Source of the DNA: Mesotaenium endlicherianum
Lineage: Eukaryota
DNA length: 64,000 nt
Reading direction: 5' to 3'
NCBI GenBank assembly: GCA_009602735.1
Contig: WELA01002708.1
Span: 1-64,000, forward strand
The notes beneath the pieces are model-generated. The model worked only from the letters and a program-made list of their open reading frames with translations. It did no database searches and was not told where the DNA came from. Position numbers and translations under genes: made by a program. Positions 60,368 to 64,000 of the stretch are shown here, in pieces (the stretch's first letter is position 1; each line of letters starts with the position of its first letter).

Positions 60368-60539
60368 TATCTCAGCCTATGAAGCCCATAAAGTCAGCCA
60401 ACTGTTGGAAACCAGTTATTTATGAGCCCGATGAAGTCAGCCAACAATTATTAAAGCGCCGCAACCTAACCCACACATCCGGATCATTGTACATAGCACT
60501 TTAGAACATAATGCAGTATCTTAACGTAAAATACAACCT

Positions 60540-61889
60540 GTGATCTACCAGTTAAACCATAGCAATACGGTCCCATCATTGAGGATTGCGATGGATCATT
60601 GCAAAACCTTGATCGGATTGCGTTTGCAGGCGTATTTCGACAATGGCTCTTTCGACCCGGTTGCCTGGCTCAAAGAACAATATCAAAATGAACCACCGAA
60701 TAAAGGCTGGCTCTCTTTTATCCCCTTGCAGGAATACACCGAATGGATCGTGGTCATGTTAACGTTGGCGCCGCATGTGTATCCTAATTTTTTTGAATCC
60801 CTGATCGTAACACACCTGCCCTCCGGTGGCGATTTTCCTGAATTTGGCGGCGTAAAAGCGGCTAATCATCGAGGCATGTTGCCTACCGGCGAAACGATCC
60901 AGTTCATCATAGCCGGTGATGACGTTGATAAACGGCTGCAACTACAGGAACTTTTCCGTGAAACGCATTTCTTTTACCGCCAGGGCATTTTATGGCTGGA
61001 GCCGGTCAAGGAAGGCGAACCGGTAATGAGCGGGCGAATCGTGTTGCCGCAGGAAAATATAGAACGCATCTTATTCGGTCGTGAGTCGGCACCGCGTTAT
61101 GGACTCGATTTCCCTGCCAAACAAATTATTACGGCCATGGAATGGAACGATGTGGTATTGCATCCGCGCACCATGCAACAGGTAAAAGACATCAGTACCT
61201 GGCTCAATCACCATCACCGGTTTGCTGAAGACAATAATTTGAAAAGAAAGATCAAACCCGGTTACCGCGTACTTTTTTACGGCCCTTCCGGAACGGGTAA
61301 AACATTAACAGCCGCACTGCTGGGTAAAGAGTTCGGCAAAGATGTTTATCGCATCGACCTTTCACAAATTGTAAGTAAATACATTGGTGAAACGGAAAAG
61401 AACCTGGAAGCCGTTTTCAAAAGAGCGGAAAGCAAGGACTGGATATTGTTTTTCGATGAGGCCGATGCACTCTTCGGCAAACGAACCAGTGTACAAAGTT
61501 CGCACGACAAATACGCCAACCAGGAAGTGAGCTATCTCCTGCAACGTGTGGAAGACTATCCCGGCCTGCTCATCCTGGCATCCAACTTCAAGAACAACCT
61601 CGATGAAGCCTTCCTGCGCCGCTTCCACTCCGTGGTACACTTCCCCATGCCCAATACCGCCGAACGGCATCATCTCTGGAAAAAAACAATGCCCGCAGGC
61701 TTGCAACACGATGGCTCTGTGAACCTCCTTGAACTGGCCGACCAATTCGAGCTGACAGGCGCTTCCATCCTGAATGCCGTGCAGTTTGCCACTTTGCAAA
61801 GCTATGCCCGCGGCGATGGTAAATTGTTGCAGTCAGACCTGCTCGAAGGAGTGAAAAAAGAATTCCTCAAAGAAGAGAAGTCTTTTTAA
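60540..61889 (+). CDS. AAA+ ATPase (Afp15/Pvc15-like)
   Basis: GPSGTGKT, DLSQIVSKYIGETEKNL, LFFDEADALFGKRT, YLLQRVE; the start could be 60540 or 60591. Confidence 0.92.
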   Translation: MIYQLNHSNTVPSLRIAMDHCKTLIGLRLQAYFDNGSFDPVAWLKEQYQNEPPNKGWLSFIPLQEYTEWIVVMLTLAPHVYPNFFESLIVTHLPSGGDFPEFGGVKAANHRGMLPTGETIQFIIAGDDVDKRLQLQELFRETHFFYRQGILWLEPVKEGEPVMSGRIVLPQENIERILFGRESAPRYGLDFPAKQIITAMEWNDVVLHPRTMQQVKDISTWLNHHHRFAEDNNLKRKIKPGYRVLFYGPSGTGKTLTAALLGKEFGKDVYRIDLSQIVSKYIGETEKNLEAVFKRAESKDWILFFDEADALFGKRTSVQSSHDKYANQEVSYLLQRVEDYPGLLILASNFKNNLDEAFLRRFHSVVHFPMPNTAERHHLWKKTMPAGLQHDGSVNLLELADQFELTGASILNAVQFATLQSYARGDGKLLQSDLLEGVKKEFLKEEKSF

Positions 61890-61892
61890 AAT

Positions 61893-61900
61893 TACCTTTG
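61893..61900 (+). promoter_or_regulatory. Bacteroidota sigma-A -7 box for the two-component pair
   Basis: TACCTTTG matches TAnnTTTG, in the 21-nt gap after the ATPase stop. Confidence 0.5.
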
Positions 61901-61910
61901 TGCTCATTAA

Positions 61911-62603
61911 ATGGCGAACATGATTCAGTTGCTTTTGGTAGAAGACGACCAGCGTATTGCAGCATTGATCAAGCAGGGGCTGGAAGAACAGGGATTTGAA
62001 GTAACAGCTGCCTATGATGGTTTGATGGGAAAAAAACTGGCTGTTAACAGGTCATACGATATCATTATCACCGATATCATACTACCCAACCTGAATGGAA
62101 TCGACCTGTGCAAAGAGATCAGGCGCGTTAAGCCCGATGTGCCCATTATCATGCTCACAGCCCTTGGTACCACCGACGATAAAGTAGAAGGATTTGATGC
62201 CGGCGCCGACGATTACCTGGTAAAACCCTTTGAACTGCGGGAATTATTGGTAAGGATACGGGCATTGCTGAAAAGAAGCGCTTCCAATAACCAGGTGCAG
62301 GGATTCATATTGCGGTATGCCGATATAGAAATGAACATGCATACCAAAATTGTAAAACGAAACAACAAAGAAATTGAGCTGACGCCAAAAGAATTGAAGT
62401 TGCTCGAATACATGATGCAAAACCCTGAAAGGGTGCTGAGCAGAACAGAGATCGCAGAAAAGGTTTGGGATACTTCTTTCGATACCGGCACCAATTTCAT
62501 TGACGTGTACATCAATTACCTGCGGAAAAAGATTGATAAAGACTTCGATACCAAATTGATCCATACCAAATCGGGACTCGGGTTCATCTTCAAAAAAGAG
62601 TAA
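61911..62603 (+). CDS. OmpR/CusR-family response regulator
   Basis: LLVEDD, DIILP, GADDYLVKPF, winged helix VYINYLRKKID. Confidence 0.95.
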   Translation: MANMIQLLLVEDDQRIAALIKQGLEEQGFEVTAAYDGLMGKKLAVNRSYDIIITDIILPNLNGIDLCKEIRRVKPDVPIIMLTALGTTDDKVEGFDAGADDYLVKPFELRELLVRIRALLKRSASNNQVQGFILRYADIEMNMHTKIVKRNNKEIELTPKELKLLEYMMQNPERVLSRTEIAEKVWDTSFDTGTNFIDVYINYLRKKIDKDFDTKLIHTKSGLGFIFKKE

Positions 62604-62604
62604 T

Positions 62605-63972
62605 ATGCAGATCAGGACCAGGCTAACATTATTGTTCACTGCGCTGACAGCGGCCATTTTGCTGGCTTTTGCCCTGATCGTATATGTTTCTTTCTCCCGA
62701 ACAAGGGAAGATGAATATTATAAAAGGCTCAAACAACAAGCTACCATCAAAGCCAACCTGCTGTTTGATACGAAAATCGATCCGGGCGTATTGCAGTTGA
62801 TTTACAAGAACACATCCGATCCTTTATTCCAGGAAGAAGTAGCTATTTATGATACAGGTTTTCATTTATTGTACCACGATGCGGTAGATATCGATAAAGT
62901 GAAAGAGACCCGGGACATGATTGATCAGACCATTGCACAGAAAGAGCTCCGGTTCTATGTAAAAGACATGCAGGTGGTGGCATTCGTTTATACGCGTAAA
63001 GATCATACTTATGTAATCACTGCCGCGGCCAAAGATGGCAATGGACTGGCCAAACTGGCGGCCTTGCGCAATACCCTGCTGGTGGTATTCGTAGGCGCCA
63101 TTGTACTGATTTTTTTGGCAGGCCGTTTTTTGGCCCGTCAATCACTGAATCCCGTAGCCGCAATGGTAGACAAGGTGAAAACCATTACGGCCACCAACCT
63201 CGATTTCAGGGTGGCCGAGGGCAACCGGAAAGATGAGATCGCTTCCCTGGCCATCACCTTCAATGAAATGCTCAACCGCCTGGAAAATTCATTCGACGCC
63301 CAGAAACATTTTGTATCGAATATCTCCCATGAATTGAGAACGCCGCTGACTGCCATGCTTACAGAGCTGCAACTGACTGTATCGAAAGAAAGAAGCAATG
63401 AAGAATACAAAGCGGCGATCACACATATTATAGGTGATACCAAAAAGATCATTCGCCTTTCCAACAGCCTGCTCGACTTGGCAAAAGCCAGTTATGATCA
63501 AACCGAAATAGCGTTCAAAGAACTGCGGATAGACGAGGTACTGCTCGACGCCCGTAACGATGTGCTGCACAACCAGCCCGATGTGAGCATCAATATCCGT
63601 TTTGAAAAAGAGATCGAAAACGATGATTTCGTTTCAGTGCAGGGCAATGAATACCTGCTGAAAGCTGCTTTCAGCAACTTAATGGAAAATGGCTGTAAAT
63701 TCTCGGCGAATAAACAATGTACTGCTTCTATCTCGTACGATCAACAACATGTGATCCTGCATTTTACCGATACAGGTATAGGAATCCCACCCGATGAGCT
63801 GGCACATATTTTTACCCCTTTTTATAGGGGAAAGAATAAACAATTTACCGATGGCAATGGCATCGGTCTTCCATTAACGCAAAAGATCATTGGATTGCAC
63901 AATGGTACTATTACGGTGCATTCAAAAGAAGGAGAAGGCACTACATTTGTCGTTACTTTCAAGCATGTTTAA
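62605..63972 (+). CDS. HAMP-domain sensor histidine kinase
   Basis: Two transmembrane segments, HAMP, SHELRTPL, NLMENGCKF, DTGIGI, GIGL. Confidence 0.95.
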   Translation: MQIRTRLTLLFTALTAAILLAFALIVYVSFSRTREDEYYKRLKQQATIKANLLFDTKIDPGVLQLIYKNTSDPLFQEEVAIYDTGFHLLYHDAVDIDKVKETRDMIDQTIAQKELRFYVKDMQVVAFVYTRKDHTYVITAAAKDGNGLAKLAALRNTLLVVFVGAIVLIFLAGRFLARQSLNPVAAMVDKVKTITATNLDFRVAEGNRKDEIASLAITFNEMLNRLENSFDAQKHFVSNISHELRTPLTAMLTELQLTVSKERSNEEYKAAITHIIGDTKKIIRLSNSLLDLAKASYDQTEIAFKELRIDEVLLDARNDVLHNQPDVSINIRFEKEIENDDFVSVQGNEYLLKAAFSNLMENGCKFSANKQCTASISYDQQHVILHFTDTGIGIPPDELAHIFTPFYRGKNKQFTDGNGIGLPLTQKIIGLHNGTITVHSKEGEGTTFVVTFKHV

Positions 63973-64000
63973 CCAGTCCAACAAGAGAACCATCCTAAAC

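Larger units (their letters stand above)
33931..61889 (+). other. Extracellular contractile injection system (eCIS) gene cluster
   Basis: 17 co-oriented genes covering cap, sheath, tubes, hub, spike, PAAR, baseplate, fibre, tape measure, DUF4157 cargo and AAA+ ATPase; no capsid, terminase or T6SS membrane complex recognised. Confidence 0.93.

Noticed and set aside
33931..61889. Prophage
   Set aside because: No capsid, portal, terminase, integrase or replication genes recognised; DUF4255, an Afp15-like ATPase and DUF4157 point to an eCIS
23456..63972. Integrative element or genomic island with defined ends
   Set aside because: No integrase, transposase, tRNA or flanking direct repeats were seen; boundaries need comparative genomics

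Overview
A Bacteroidota chromosomal window, probably Chitinophagaceae-like (inferred from gene content and TAnnTTTG -7 promoter boxes). About 1-23 kb is mostly housekeeping and metabolic genes: 5'-nucleotidase, cutC, a GpgS-like glycosyltransferase-HAD fusion, glycosylasparaginase, a LacI regulator with a sugar kinase, a RES-Xre toxin-antitoxin pair, MATE, rsmD, bioD, lpxK, rnr, gyrA and rlpA. About 23.6-33.7 kb is an accessory block: DUF4256/VOC/DHFR-like genes, an ECF sigma-FecR-TonB-dependent receptor set, a DUF5686 outer-membrane protein and a beta-helix protein. The main feature is a 28 kb co-oriented locus (33.9-61.9 kb) encoding an apparently complete extracellular contractile injection system (eCIS; Afp/PVC/AlgoCIS-like). 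It has a cap, putative cap adaptor, one sheath, two tubes, a small plug-like protein, LysM hub, VgrG, PAAR, gp25, two baseplate proteins, a PKD-repeat fibre, tape measure, two DUF4157 cargo proteins and an AAA+ ATPase. The system class is known. The most unusual part is a 1705-aa cargo combining DUF4157, a CHAP-like amidase, 140-aa helical repeats and an AT-rich, apparently swapped nuclease-like tip with no adjacent immunity gene. An OmpR-type two-component pair ends the window. No rRNA, tRNA, CRISPR array or transposase was recognised. All domain calls come from reading motifs by eye; no database searches were run.
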